A DNA stretch of 55,260 bases, taken from assembly GCA_964444595.1 (NCBI GenBank), contig CAYUHP010000001.1:1-55260 (forward strand), written 5' to 3'. Below, in pieces: positions 42,969 to 53,302 of the stretch (position 1 is the stretch's first letter; the number at the start of each line of letters is the position of its first letter). The notes under the pieces are model-generated. The model did not search any database. It was not told the DNA's origin and saw only the letters and a list, made by a program, of their open reading frames with translations. The position numbers were made by a program, and so were the translations under genes. The stretch comes from an uncultured Sphaerochaeta sp. (GTDB lineage: Bacteria > Spirochaetota > Spirochaetia > Sphaerochaetales > Sphaerochaetaceae).

Positions 42969-44288
42969 ATGGCAAACACCTTAGTTGAGATGTATAGAAT
43001 CAAGAGTCTTCGCACGAAGATTTTCATTACCCTCGGACTGCTGGTTGTCAGCAGAATCGGGGCCGTGATTCCGATCCCTGGAATCGACCCGCAAGTGTTG
43101 AAATTATTCTTCCTTGCCCAGAGTTCCAGTTCGAATATCGGCCTGACCGAGTACTTGAACTTCTTCAGCGGCGGAGCGTTCTCAAACTTCTCGCTCTTCA
43201 TGCTCGGGGTTATGCCGTACATCAGCACGCAGATTATCCTGCAACTTTTGATGTTGGTTCTTCCCTCATTGAAGAAGCTTGCCTCCGATCCTTCGGGGCA
43301 TAAGAAGTTGCAGCAGTACACTCGCTACGGAACCGTAGTGGTGTGTCTGCTCCAATCATATGTAGTGACAATCTACGCACAGTCAATCCCCGGCGTGCTT
43401 ACGATGGGCTTAGGCGCCTTTACTCTTGTTGCCATGCTTACCGTAACCACCGGTTCGATGTTGCTGATTTGGATCGGTAATAAGATCACCCAGTGGGGTG
43501 TTGGAAATGGTATCAGCTTGTTAATCTTTGCCGGTATCGTTGCCCGCTTCCCAACCGCCGTGAACGCACTGTTCGCCGCGATTAAAGCTGGTGTTCTGAA
43601 CCCGATCGTTGTCTTAATTGTTGCGGCGATGTTCCTCATCGTAGTTGCCCTCGTTGTGTACGAGGAGCAAGGAATCCGAAAGATTCCCGTAAACTACGCC
43701 AAGCGCGTGGTGGGTCGAAAGATGTACGGTGCTCAGTCAACGTATATCCCCATCAAGGTGAACCCCTCCGGAGTTATTCCGGTAATCTTCGCCAGTGCGC
43801 TGCTCTCCTTCCCCTTGCAGATCGCAACGACCTTGGGGCCGGAAGTTCGCTGGCTTGCCGCATTCGCTAATTGGTTAAATCCTCAGGGCACCCCCTATCT
43901 AATCATCTACGCCCTGTTGATTGTAGCTTTCGCGTTCTTCTACACCCAAGTGTCGATGAACCCGATCGAGATGGCTAAGCAGATCCGCGAGAACGGAGGT
44001 TCCGTTCCTGGGGTTCGGGCTGAGAAGCTTGAGGAGTATCTCACCAAGATTCTTAACCGAATTGTTCTGCCTGGTTCGTTATTCTTGGCGTTCATCGCCT
44101 TGATCCCGACGCTCGTTCAGAAGTTCTTTAACTTCCCCTCGACAGTCGCGATGCTCTTCGGAGGTACCTCGCTGCTGATCTTGGTTGGAGTAGATCTTGA
44201 TACGATGCGCCAGATCGAGAGCATCATGAAGATGCACCACTACGATGGATTTAAGATCGGCCAGAAGAAGAAGTCGAAGCATTTCTAA
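42969..44288 (+). CDS. secY: Preprotein translocase subunit SecY
   Basis: LGVMPYI; GNGISLLIF; GVIPVIFA; GGTSLLI. Confidence 0.97.
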   Translation: MANTLVEMYRIKSLRTKIFITLGLLVVSRIGAVIPIPGIDPQVLKLFFLAQSSSSNIGLTEYLNFFSGGAFSNFSLFMLGVMPYISTQIILQLLMLVLPSLKKLASDPSGHKKLQQYTRYGTVVVCLLQSYVVTIYAQSIPGVLTMGLGAFTLVAMLTVTTGSMLLIWIGNKITQWGVGNGISLLIFAGIVARFPTAVNALFAAIKAGVLNPIVVLIVAAMFLIVVALVVYEEQGIRKIPVNYAKRVVGRKMYGAQSTYIPIKVNPSGVIPVIFASALLSFPLQIATTLGPEVRWLAAFANWLNPQGTPYLIIYALLIVAFAFFYTQVSMNPIEMAKQIRENGGSVPGVRAEKLEEYLTKILNRIVLPGSLFLAFIALIPTLVQKFFNFPSTVAMLFGGTSLLILVGVDLDTMRQIESIMKMHHYDGFKIGQKKKSKHF

Positions 44289-44305
44289 GCACTAGGAGCT
44301 GGAAG

Positions 44306-44419
44306 ATGAAAGTAAGAGCAAGTGTCAAACCTATTTGTGACAAGTGCAAAGTAGTAAGACGGAATGGGGTAGTCCGGGTCATCTGCGATAACCCCAAGCA
44401 TAAGCAGAGACAAAAATAG
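44306..44419 (+). CDS. rpmJ: 50S ribosomal protein L36 (missing from ORF track)
   Basis: Own translation: [37 protein letters not shown]. Confidence 0.96.
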   Translation: MKVRASVKPICDKCKVVRRNGVVRVICDNPKHKQRQK

Positions 44420-44457
44420 TAGGGTAATAACCCTGTGAGAATTTCAGGAGGCCATGG

Positions 44458-44823
44458 ATGGCGAGAATTGCAGGTGTAGATTTGCCGAACAAGGCAACGA
44501 AAATTGCCCTGACCTATATCTACGGAATCGGTAGGTACTCGGCTGTCGAGATTTGTGAGAAAACAAAGATCGACCCAGAGACCAACATCAACACCCTTTC
44601 CAACGATGACCTCGCATTACTGCGAAAGGTTATCGAAGAAGAGTACAAAGTAGAGGGACGCCTCAGAACCGAGGTTGCCCTTAATATCAAGCGCCTTATG
44701 GATATTGGCTGCTACCGTGGCCTCAGACACCGAAGGGGCTTGCCGGTAAACGGCCAGCGAACGAAGACGAATGCTCGAACCCGTAAGGGTAGAAAGAAGA
44801 CCGTCGCCGGTAAGAAGAAGTAA
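44458..44823 (+). CDS. rpsM: 30S ribosomal protein S13
   Basis: MARIAGV; [13 protein letters not shown]. Confidence 0.97.
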   Translation: MARIAGVDLPNKATKIALTYIYGIGRYSAVEICEKTKIDPETNINTLSNDDLALLRKVIEEEYKVEGRLRTEVALNIKRLMDIGCYRGLRHRRGLPVNGQRTKTNARTRKGRKKTVAGKKK

Positions 44824-44837
44824 GGAGCAACACACAG

Positions 44838-45215
44838 ATGGCAACTGTAAAACGTAAAGTAAAGAAAACAGTGTATGAAGGAAACGTCTACATTCAGGCT
44901 ACCTTCAATAACACGATTGTTACCGTGACCGATCTGCAAGGCAACGCCGTCTCGTGGGCGAGTGCTGGTGGACTTGGTTTCCGCGGGGCAAAGAAATCTA
45001 CTCCGTATGCTGCGCAGACCACTGCCGAGAAAGCCGCCAAGGCTGCAATGGACAGCGGACTGCAAGAAGTAAACGTATTTGTGAAAGGCCCTGGGGTTGG
45101 TCGTGAAAGCGCCATTCGAACCCTCGGTGTACTTGGGTTGAAGGTGCGATCCATTCGTGATATCACCCCGATCCCCCATAACGGATGCCGACCTCGCAAG
45201 AGCAGACGAGTGTAA
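44838..45215 (+). CDS. rpsK: 30S ribosomal protein S11
   Basis: TFNNTIVT; [10 protein letters not shown]. Confidence 0.97.
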   Translation: MATVKRKVKKTVYEGNVYIQATFNNTIVTVTDLQGNAVSWASAGGLGFRGAKKSTPYAAQTTAEKAAKAAMDSGLQEVNVFVKGPGVGRESAIRTLGVLGLKVRSIRDITPIPHNGCRPRKSRRV

Positions 45216-45232
45216 TGAGGAGATAGAACCAG

Positions 45233-45874
45233 ATGGCAAGATATACTGGACCTAAATGCAGACATTGCAGGGCGGAAGGCACAAAGCTTTTCCTCAAGGG
45301 TGATCGCTGCCTTTCCGGCAAGTGCCCGCTGAACAGCGGCAAGCGAACCGGACTTCCCGGCAAGGATCCCCGTGCCCGACAAAAGAAACAAACTAACTAT
45401 GGCCTTCAGCTTCGAGAGAAGCAGAAGCTTAAGAGAACGTACGCGATGCTTGAAAAGCAGTTTAAGCTTACCTTTAATGAAGCTGCAAGAATCCCCGGAA
45501 AGACTGGTGAGAACTTGATTCAGCTCTTGGAGCAACGCTTGGATAACGTCGTTTTCCGCCTCCACTTCGCCGCAAGTCGCTACCAAGCTGCTCAGTTCGT
45601 GAACCACGGACACATCTTCGTAAACGGCAAGCGTGTGAACATCCCCTCCTATAGGGTGAAGATTGGCGATGAGATTTCGATCAGCCCCCGAGCTCAGAAG
45701 ATGCTCATCATCAAAGAAAACCTCAAGGAGTACACCAAGAGTGGAGTCTACCAATGGCTCAACTTGGATGTGGATGCAATGAAGGGAACCTTCCTTGCTG
45801 TTCCGAGGAGAAGTGAAGTAACTGAACTCGAGAAGATTAACGAGCAGTTGATCGTCGAGTTGTATTCCCGATAA
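45233..45874 (+). CDS. rpsD: 30S ribosomal protein S4
   Basis: MARYTGP; RLDNVV; IVELYS; N-terminal Cys cluster. Confidence 0.97.
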   Translation: MARYTGPKCRHCRAEGTKLFLKGDRCLSGKCPLNSGKRTGLPGKDPRARQKKQTNYGLQLREKQKLKRTYAMLEKQFKLTFNEAARIPGKTGENLIQLLEQRLDNVVFRLHFAASRYQAAQFVNHGHIFVNGKRVNIPSYRVKIGDEISISPRAQKMLIIKENLKEYTKSGVYQWLNLDVDAMKGTFLAVPRRSEVTELEKINEQLIVELYSR

Positions 45875-45883
45875 GGAGTAACC

Positions 45884-46936
45884 ATGGCACGCAAAAACCT
45901 TCTGAAGGGCTTTAAGAAGCCGAAGGGGATTACCTTCGAACACAGCGCTATTGAGCCGAACTATGGCAAGTTCATCGCCTACCCGTTTGAGCGGGGCTTT
46001 GGAACGACGATCGGCAACACGCTGCGCAGGGTCCTTCTTTCTTCAATCCAAGGGTATGCCGTCACTGCTATCAAATTTACGAGCTTTAATGAGGATGGTG
46101 TTCCCCACCTCATCTCAAGTGAGTATGAGCAGCTTCCCGGTGTTCGCGAAGATATCAGTGATATCATCGCCGCATTGAAGAAGCTCCAGATCCAAATGCC
46201 CGAGGATACCGAGGGCACCAACCTCCTGATCGAGTGCAAGGGCCCGGGCGTAGTTACCGGAGCCGTTTTTGAGCGCGATCAGGTGGAGATCATCAACAAA
46301 GACCTCGTGCTCTTTACGATGATGGATGATGCAAACCTTGAGATGGAAGTCCAAATTGACCTTGGTCGGGGCTATGTTCCGAGTGAGATCAATGAAAAGT
46401 ACATTGAGGAGATCGGTACGATTCCCCTCGATGCTACCTTCAGTCCCGTCACCCGAGTGAAGTATTCGATCGAACCTACCCGAGTAGGCTATCGCTCCGA
46501 CTATGATAAACTCACCATTGAGGTGTACACCGATGGCACGATTGTCCCGCAAAACGCACTGGCTGAAGCGGCTAAGATCGCCAAAGATTACTTCCAAATT
46601 TTCATCAACTTCGATGAGTCGCTGATCTCCAGCAACGATGAAGTCGATGAGGAAGAGGAGCGGGTCCGCAAGATTCTTAACACCTCGGTTGAGGAGTTGG
46701 AGTTGACCGTTCGCTCAAGTAACTGCCTCAAGAACGCTAACATCCGCACGATCGGGGATTTGACGAAGAAGAGCGAGGATGAGATCGCCAAGACAAGGAA
46801 CTTTGGTAAGAAGTCCCTTCAGGAGATCAAGGAGAAACTCAAGGAGTGGAACCTCAGCCTCGGTATGACCGACTACAGCATCCTCAAGACTGCCATCACA
46901 GTACCTGAGCACAAGGAAGAAGAGAATGAAGCATAA
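45884..46936 (+). CDS. rpoA: RNA polymerase alpha subunit
   Basis: [17 protein letters not shown]; LTVRSSNCL; NFGKKS. Confidence 0.98.
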   Translation: MARKNLLKGFKKPKGITFEHSAIEPNYGKFIAYPFERGFGTTIGNTLRRVLLSSIQGYAVTAIKFTSFNEDGVPHLISSEYEQLPGVREDISDIIAALKKLQIQMPEDTEGTNLLIECKGPGVVTGAVFERDQVEIINKDLVLFTMMDDANLEMEVQIDLGRGYVPSEINEKYIEEIGTIPLDATFSPVTRVKYSIEPTRVGYRSDYDKLTIEVYTDGTIVPQNALAEAAKIAKDYFQIFINFDESLISSNDEVDEEEERVRKILNTSVEELELTVRSSNCLKNANIRTIGDLTKKSEDEIAKTRNFGKKSLQEIKEKLKEWNLSLGMTDYSILKTAITVPEHKEEENEA

Positions 46937-47321
46937 AATTGGGTTTAACGCGCTGAGCAGAAATGCCTCCCATCGAAAGGCAATGAAGCGCAACATGGTG
47001 ACCAGTCTGTTCCGATATGAACGGATTGAGACCACCAAGGCCAAGGCTCTGGAAGTTCGGAGAATGGCGGAGAAGATGGTAACTCGAGCAAAGACCGACA
47101 GCGTACACAATCGCCGGCTCATCGCTCGGGATATCACCGACAAAGCTGTTCTTAACAAACTCTTTACAGAGATCGCCCCGCTCTTTACCGAGCGTAACGG
47201 AGGCTACACCAGGATCCTGAAGACGGGTAACCGCCTCGGTGATGCTGCTGAGATGGTGATTCTTGAACTGGTTGAAAAGCCGGTGAAAGATACCAAAAAG
47301 AAAGCCGCCAAAAAAGACTGA
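46926..47321 (+). CDS. rplQ: 50S ribosomal protein L17
   Basis: IETTKAKA; RNGGYTRI. Confidence 0.97.
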   Translation: MKHKIGFNALSRNASHRKAMKRNMVTSLFRYERIETTKAKALEVRRMAEKMVTRAKTDSVHNRRLIARDITDKAVLNKLFTEIAPLFTERNGGYTRILKTGNRLGDAAEMVILELVEKPVKDTKKKAAKKD

Positions 47322-47370
47322 CGAGCACCGGAGAGATAACAGCCTCCAACCGCCACAGTCACCAATCAAT

Positions 47371-47400
47371 AAGCCGCTGTCCTTGTGATGGCGGTTTTTT
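47371..47400 (+). terminator. Terminator ending the alpha operon
   Basis: GCCGCTGTC-cttgt-GATGGCGGT followed by a T run. Confidence 0.75.
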
Positions 47401-47416
47401 ATGCTATACTCGGACT

Positions 47417-47755
47417 ATGATAAAACTGAGCACGACCCACTCCTTTGAGGGGTATGAGATTACAAAGTACGTCGACATCGTCTATGAGAGTATCGTCTTT
47501 GGGACTAATATCTTCAGCGATCTTCTTGCCAGCTTCTCCGATGTGTTCGGTGGTAAGTCTCAATCCTATCAAAAACAACTTAACCGGTTACGGGCCGAAG
47601 CCCTTAAATCGATCAGCTCCATAGCCCAAGAAAAGGGCGCAAATGCTATTGTAGGGTTGAAAATTGACTTTGATGAACTCTCCGGAGCAGGTAAATCGAT
47701 GTTCATGCTTAACGTGAGCGGTACCGCTGTTGTAATCGAGAAGAAGATTAATTAA
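47417..47755 (+). CDS. YbjQ/UPF0145 family protein (putative heavy-metal binding)
   Basis: TT..EGYEI; D.FGG.S.SY; GANAIVG; GTAV. Confidence 0.88.
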   Translation: MIKLSTTHSFEGYEITKYVDIVYESIVFGTNIFSDLLASFSDVFGGKSQSYQKQLNRLRAEALKSISSIAQEKGANAIVGLKIDFDELSGAGKSMFMLNVSGTAVVIEKKIN

Positions 47756-47835
47756 ATAGGATCATCTCGGTATAAGTTTATGTATATAAACAAATAACCC
47801 CGTAAAATAGTCAGATTCACCAATTCTGTCAAGCC

Positions 47836-47864
47836 TTGACAATTTTGACAGGCGTCCTTATTAT
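47836..47864 (+). promoter_or_regulatory. sigma70 promoter of rny
   Basis: TTGACA-17 bp-TATTAT. Confidence 0.7.
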
Positions 47865-47890
47865 TGTGCTCATACGATAGGGGGTAGTGT

Positions 47891-49423
47891 ATGAATAATA
47901 TACTCATTATCCTCCTTGGTTGTCTTGTTGGTATCATCTTAGGTTGGTTAGGCCGATGGCTGTTTGCGAAATTTAAGCTTACTTCCGTTGAGCAGCGAGC
48001 TATTCGCCTCAACGAGGAAGCAATAAAGGAAGCGGAAGCAAAAAGCAAGGAGCTTTTGCTTGAAACTCGGGATCAGTTGCTGAAAGAACAGCAACAGCAG
48101 GAACGAGAGGCACGAGAGAGACGAACTGAACTACAAAGATTAGAGCGTAGACTCCTCCAAAAAGAGGAGAATCTCGAGCAGAAGCAAACTGATCTGGATG
48201 GTATTAAAAAACAATTGGGAGAGTGGGAAGTAAATCTTTCCCAGCAGGAAGAAGAGGTTGTCGCAAAAGAAGGCAGCCTGATTGTGGAACTTGAACGTAT
48301 CGCTGGAATGTCGGCGGATGAGGCTAAAAACCTTATCATGGAGAGCTTGTACAACGATGCGAAGAGAGATGCCCAGCTCATGATCAATAAGATCGAGCAA
48401 GAGGCCCAGCTCTCAGCCGACAAAAAAGCCCGTGAAGTCGTGGTAACCTCGATCCAGAGGTTGGCGACTGAAGTTGTGAACGATGTTACCGTCAGTTCGG
48501 TAAGTCTTCCCTCCGATGAGATGAAGGGAAGGATTATCGGCCGCGAGGGAAGGAATATTCGGACCCTTGAAACCCTTACCGGGGTTGATGTAATCATCGA
48601 CGACACCCCTGAAGCAGTGGTTATCTCCTGCTTCGACCCGGTGCGCAAGGAGATCGCGCGCGTAGCGCTTGAACGCCTTGTTCAGGATGGTCGAATCCAT
48701 CCCTCCCGGATCGAAGAGGTGGTAAACAAAGTCACCAAAGAGATTGGTGGCATCATCGCTGAAGAGGGTGAGAAAGTCATCTTTGATCTGGGGATTCATA
48801 ACGTTTCTCCTGAGATGATTCGGGCTTTAGGTCGTCTTCATTTCCGCACCAGCTATGGACAGAACGTCCTCGCCCACGCCAAGGAGGTCGCAATCATCTC
48901 CGGCATGATCGCCAGTGAGATCGGTGCAGACCGCGAGCTTGCCGTCCGTGGTGGATTACTCCACGATATCGGTAAGGGAATAGAAACTGAAAGTGATGCA
49001 AACCACTCCGAACTCGGAGCGGATCTTGCGCGGCGCCTCGGTGAGGACCCGCGAGTGATCAATGCGATCCTCGCCCACCACAACGATGAGGAGCCAAAGA
49101 CTCTGGAAGCGGTAATCGTGCAGATCGCTGATGCGATCAGTGCAGCGCGCCCAGGGGCAAGACGCGAGACGCTGGATAACTACATCAAGCGCCTTGAATC
49201 ACTGGAAAAGATCGCTGAATCGTTTACGGGAGTTGAGAAAGCATACGCAATCCAAGCAGGACGCGAGCTGAGAATTCTGGTAAACAACGAACAGGTCACT
49301 GACGAAGGGGCCAAGGAGATCGCCAAAGGAATCGCCGGACGAATCGAAGCAGAGCTTCGCTATCCCGGTCGAATCAAGGTCACGATCATCCGCGAAACCC
49401 GAGTGACTGAGTACGCTAGGTAA
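47891..49423 (+). CDS. rny: Ribonuclease Y
   Basis: N-terminal TM, coiled coil, KH (KGRIIGREGRNIR), HD (LLHDIGK), ADAISAARPGAR. Confidence 0.96.
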   Translation: MNNILIILLGCLVGIILGWLGRWLFAKFKLTSVEQRAIRLNEEAIKEAEAKSKELLLETRDQLLKEQQQQEREARERRTELQRLERRLLQKEENLEQKQTDLDGIKKQLGEWEVNLSQQEEEVVAKEGSLIVELERIAGMSADEAKNLIMESLYNDAKRDAQLMINKIEQEAQLSADKKAREVVVTSIQRLATEVVNDVTVSSVSLPSDEMKGRIIGREGRNIRTLETLTGVDVIIDDTPEAVVISCFDPVRKEIARVALERLVQDGRIHPSRIEEVVNKVTKEIGGIIAEEGEKVIFDLGIHNVSPEMIRALGRLHFRTSYGQNVLAHAKEVAIISGMIASEIGADRELAVRGGLLHDIGKGIETESDANHSELGADLARRLGEDPRVINAILAHHNDEEPKTLEAVIVQIADAISAARPGARRETLDNYIKRLESLEKIAESFTGVEKAYAIQAGRELRILVNNEQVTDEGAKEIAKGIAGRIEAELRYPGRIKVTIIRETRVTEYAR

Positions 49424-49427
49424 GATT

Positions 49428-50228
49428 GTGGCGGATCAAAAAGTATTAACAGCCTTGCTTCTCGGGGATGTCTGCGGACAGCCGGGGAGCAGGGCTCTCT
49501 TTTTGGGGTTGAATACCCTCATTAAAGAGACTCGAGCTGACATCGTCGTCGTAAACGGAGAGAACGCCGCCAACGGCTTCGGACTCTCCGTTTCCTTGAT
49601 GAATCAATTCTTCAACCTCGGAGTGCATGTGGTCACCAGTGGGAATCACATCTGGCAGCAAGAGGAACTCCGACCCTTCCTCGACTCGGAAAAGCGTTTA
49701 CTGAGGCCGGCAAACTATCCGCCTCAAGCACCCGGTCACGGCAGTGTCGTGGTTCAGGTCCGCGAGCATAAGGTTGCTGTTCTCAATTTACAAGGCCGTC
49801 AATCGATGAACCCAATCGACTGCCCGTTTCGGGTAGGAGCGGAGCAAGTCGAGGGCCTCAGCCGTCAAACAAAGATAATCCTCGTTGACTTTCACGCCGA
49901 GAACACCACAGAGAAGGAAGCGCTTGCATTCCATCTGGACGGAAAGGTGAGCTGTATCATCGGCACTCATACCCACGTCCAAAGTGCTGATGAGAAGATC
50001 CTTCCCAAAGGCAGTGCATATATCACCGATATGGGGATGTGCGGACCGACAAACAGCGTGATCGGATCCGATCCCGCTCTTTCTATCGCTCGCTCGCTTT
50101 CGCAGATGCCCCTCAGAAGTGAAATTGCCGATACTCCACCGATGCTTCAGGGAGTGATCGTGAAGATCGAAACCACAAGCGGGAACGCCCGCTCGATTGA
50201 GCGCTTTACTCGACGGTTCAGTGTATGA
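49428..50228 (+). CDS. YmdB-like metallophosphoesterase
   Basis: GD..G, NGEN, TSGNH, DFHAE, GTHTH; usual partner of rny. Confidence 0.92.
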   Translation: MADQKVLTALLLGDVCGQPGSRALFLGLNTLIKETRADIVVVNGENAANGFGLSVSLMNQFFNLGVHVVTSGNHIWQQEELRPFLDSEKRLLRPANYPPQAPGHGSVVVQVREHKVAVLNLQGRQSMNPIDCPFRVGAEQVEGLSRQTKIILVDFHAENTTEKEALAFHLDGKVSCIIGTHTHVQSADEKILPKGSAYITDMGMCGPTNSVIGSDPALSIARSLSQMPLRSEIADTPPMLQGVIVKIETTSGNARSIERFTRRFSV

Positions 50229-51004
50229 AGAAATTACCGCTGCTCCAAGCGTTGGTCAAAACCTATCCCACCTACACGAAAGACGAGCTACTCGCCTTTA
50301 TTTTTTGTAAAAACGTCTACGTCGATGGCGAGTTAATCAGTGACCCTAAACAAGGGGTAGCAGAAAACGCCGAGTTTGAAATCCACACCCAGACATACGT
50401 AAGTCGAGGTGGATATAAGTTGGAGCACGCCCTTCATGTCTTTGAACTCGATGTCGAGGGAAAAGTCTTTATCGATGCCGGATCTTCGACCGGCGGCTTT
50501 ACCGATTGCCTCCTTCAGCATGGAGCGAGTACCGTTCATGCGGTTGATGTGGGATATAACCTCATCGATTGGAAGCTTCGTAGTGACGAGCGGGTAATCC
50601 TCCATGAAAAACAGAACATCATGCACCTTGAAGAGGTCGACCCACCCGCTGAGGCGGCGGTGTGCGACCTCTCCTTTCGCTCGATCAGTAAAGCGGCAAG
50701 CCACATCCTTAGGCTTGTCGGTGATACGTTCTTGATTGCCTTGATCAAACCTCAGTTTGAGATCGCCAATGCTCCTGCCTCGTTTACCGGAGTGATCGAC
50801 GACCCAACGGTGATCGTAGAGGTGATGGGAGAGGTGTATACTCGCCTAGGCGAAGAGGGTGTTGGAGTCTTTGATCTTGTGGTTAGCCCCATCAAGGGAG
50901 CAAAGGGAAATATTGAGTTCCTGGCCCTCCTCAAAAAAGGGCAAGGAATCTCACTTGAGCACTTCACTGAACGGCTTCAAGGTCAACTTGCGTTCCTTCA
51001 ATAA
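50225..51004 (+). CDS. tlyA: TlyA family rRNA 2'-O-methyltransferase
   Basis: YVSRGGYKL; DAGSSTGGFTD; LIKPQFE; GNIEF. Confidence 0.92.
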   Translation: MKKLPLLQALVKTYPTYTKDELLAFIFCKNVYVDGELISDPKQGVAENAEFEIHTQTYVSRGGYKLEHALHVFELDVEGKVFIDAGSSTGGFTDCLLQHGASTVHAVDVGYNLIDWKLRSDERVILHEKQNIMHLEEVDPPAEAAVCDLSFRSISKAASHILRLVGDTFLIALIKPQFEIANAPASFTGVIDDPTVIVEVMGEVYTRLGEEGVGVFDLVVSPIKGAKGNIEFLALLKKGQGISLEHFTERLQGQLAFLQ

Positions 51005-51494
51005 GTAACACAACATCCTTTGCTCCAAGGCCCTCTGCCGTCTCAACAATTTGGCGGTAAGCCAGCTTGAGGTTGGGTGAGTTAAGAAACTCCTTTGAAA
51101 GATCGAGGTAGAGGATATTGGAAGCAAGTGTCAGACCAAGTAGTTTCGTATTTTTGGCGATGAAGGTAACAGCTCCCTCTTCAAGGCCTTGCAGGGGAAC
51201 ACCGCCTAAGAGTGCTTCAAACGTATCATGGGCCAGAGAGGATCCCAAGCGTTGTTGCTCGACCGTATAGGGGACAAAAGAGGTCCCTTTTGGTGAAAAA
51301 ACGACTCGGACACTGCGCAGGGTCGAAGAGCGTTGGACCTCTGTTTTTGGGGCAGTGATCATCTCAAGTACCCCGCTTTCCCTCACCGCCTGTCGGACGT
51401 TGGGAAACGCCACGATGAGGATGATCGCGGTATACAGGATGAAGATAAGGAAGATACTCAGTGCCCGAAGAATCGGCTTACTCGGCTCGGTCAT
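50964..51494 (-). CDS. Membrane-anchored GerMN-domain protein
   Basis: N-terminal TM; ALLGG..., TKLLG..., LDLSKEF, QIVETA, VLLIEG pattern. Confidence 0.65.
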   Translation of the reverse strand: MTEPSKPILRALSIFLIFILYTAIILIVAFPNVRQAVRESGVLEMITAPKTEVQRSSTLRSVRVVFSPKGTSFVPYTVEQQRLGSSLAHDTFEALLGGVPLQGLEEGAVTFIAKNTKLLGLTLASNILYLDLSKEFLNSPNLKLAYRQIVETAEGLGAKDVVLLIEGTQVDLEAVQ

Positions 51495-51568
51495 CGCCCT
51501 ATCGTAGCAAAGAGTTAGCTCTTCTTCCAGCTTTACATCACTGAGTAAACTCCGTATCATACCGATAT

Positions 51569-53302
51569 ATGAGGATTTTTACCGGCTTAGCAATCAGTGA
51601 AGGAATCGCTCAGGGTAAGGCAAAAATCTATCGCCATACCCCTCTTGTCATTGAGCGGCACCCGATTGTCAAATCTCACGTCCCAAAGGAACTCGAGCGC
51701 CTTGACCAAGCGTTTGCCTCCGCCGTTGGTGCTCTTGAAGGACGAGGGGGTGATCATCTTCAAGGTGAAGCCCTTGAGATTTGGGAAACTCACCTCATGA
51801 TGCTCCAAGACCCTACCTACATCGCCTCGATTAAATCCACCGTTGAAGAGAAACTGATCAGCGCAGCTTGGGCTACCGAAGAGGTTACCCAAGAGGTGAT
51901 CCACAGCCTTGAAGCGAGCGATGATGAACTGTTTCGCCAACGAGCGAATGATATAAAAGATATCGGTCAGAGTATCGTCGAACACCTTAGTGGAAAAAAG
52001 GCTCACCCGCAGCTCATTCTCGATGAGCCGGTGATCCTCTTAGCAGATACGCTTTTACCCAGCGAACTCTTTACGATGGATCGATCAAAGGTGCTGGGTT
52101 TAAGTTTGGATGGGGGCGGCTTGGCCAGTCACGTTGCGATTTTGGCCCGAGGCTTGGATATCCCCACCGTTATCGAAACGCACTTAGCGAGCCACGCCGC
52201 CCACGATGGCGATGAGGTAATCATCGACGGGATCTGGGGTGAAGTGATTATCCGAGCGGACCATCGGGCAACCCAAAAAGTTGCCGAGCGGTACGCTGCG
52301 TACAAAGAGCACGAAGAGCGGCTGCTTGAGGGCGCAAGCCTTGAAGCCCGGACCAAAGATGGCAAGCAGATCCTCATTCAATCGAATATCCAAACCCTCA
52401 GTGAAGTTCCCTTCGCTGAGGCGGAAGGTAGTGACGGAATCGGCCTCTTTCGAACGGAGTTCTTCTTTATGGAGCGCTCCACCTTACCCGGTGAGGATGA
52501 GCAGTTTCGGGTGTATAGGGAAGTCGTTGAGCGAGTCGCTCCGAAGAGCGTAACGATTCGAACCCTCGACCTCGGGGGCGATAAGGTCGTCAGTGGCTTG
52601 AACCTGATAGAAGAGAACCCCGTTCTGGGCTTTAGAGCAGTTCGCTTTTGTCTGGAACACAAAGATATCTTTATCACGCAGCTTCGAGCACTTCTTCGGG
52701 CTTCGGCGTATGGCAAACTGAAGATTATGTTTCCGATGATCAGTGGAATGCAGGAGCTTCGCCAAACTCTGAACGTCCTGGAGACCGCCAAACGCCAATT
52801 GAAGGAAGAGGGAATAGCCTTTGATTCTGATATTAAGATTGGAACGATGATCGAAGTGCCCTCGGCGGCGTTGGTAACTGACCTAATCGCCCCGCATGTG
52901 GATTTTATTTCGATCGGGACGAATGACCTCATTCAATATACGATTGCGGTTGACCGCAATAACCAAAAGATCGCCCACCTCTACCAACCCCTCCACCCCG
53001 GTGTGTTGCGCTTGCTCAAGATGATTGTTGATCAAGCGCACCGGGCTGGCAAACCGGTAGCGGTCTGCGGCGAGATGGCCGCCGATGTCCACCATGCCGT
53101 TGTCTTGGTGGGCCTCGGGGTTGATGAATTGTCGATGGGCCCGCACGCCCTGCTTCGGTTACGCCAGATTATTCGTTGCCTTGATCTGAGCGAAGCAGAG
53201 AAGCTTGTTGCGGACTTGTTGACGATGGACTCATATGTAAAGACTGAAGAAGCAGTACGGGAGTGGATGCATGAACGATTCGATGACCTTACTATCCGAT
53301 GA
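51569..53302 (+). CDS. ptsI: PTS enzyme I (PEP-protein phosphotransferase)
   Basis: SHVAILAR phospho-His; GLFRTEF; SIGTNDLIQY; VCGEMA. Confidence 0.95.
   Translation: MRIFTGLAISEGIAQGKAKIYRHTPLVIERHPIVKSHVPKELERLDQAFASAVGALEGRGGDHLQGEALEIWETHLMMLQDPTYIASIKSTVEEKLISAAWATEEVTQEVIHSLEASDDELFRQRANDIKDIGQSIVEHLSGKKAHPQLILDEPVILLADTLLPSELFTMDRSKVLGLSLDGGGLASHVAILARGLDIPTVIETHLASHAAHDGDEVIIDGIWGEVIIRADHRATQKVAERYAAYKEHEERLLEGASLEARTKDGKQILIQSNIQTLSEVPFAEAEGSDGIGLFRTEFFFMERSTLPGEDEQFRVYREVVERVAPKSVTIRTLDLGGDKVVSGLNLIEENPVLGFRAVRFCLEHKDIFITQLRALLRASAYGKLKIMFPMISGMQELRQTLNVLETAKRQLKEEGIAFDSDIKIGTMIEVPSAALVTDLIAPHVDFISIGTNDLIQYTIAVDRNNQKIAHLYQPLHPGVLRLLKMIVDQAHRAGKPVAVCGEMAADVHHAVVLVGLGVDELSMGPHALLRLRQIIRCLDLSEAEKLVADLLTMDSYVKTEEAVREWMHERFDDLTIR

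Noticed and set aside
44894-45943. 349-aa antisense ORF across rpsK-rpsD-rpoA (also 39935..40690)
   Set aside because: Adjacent sense genes happen to share a frame, joining shadow ORFs; no independent coding signal
47756-47890. 6S RNA upstream of rny, a common location for it
   Set aside because: The gap is only 135 nt, AT-rich and occupied by promoter elements
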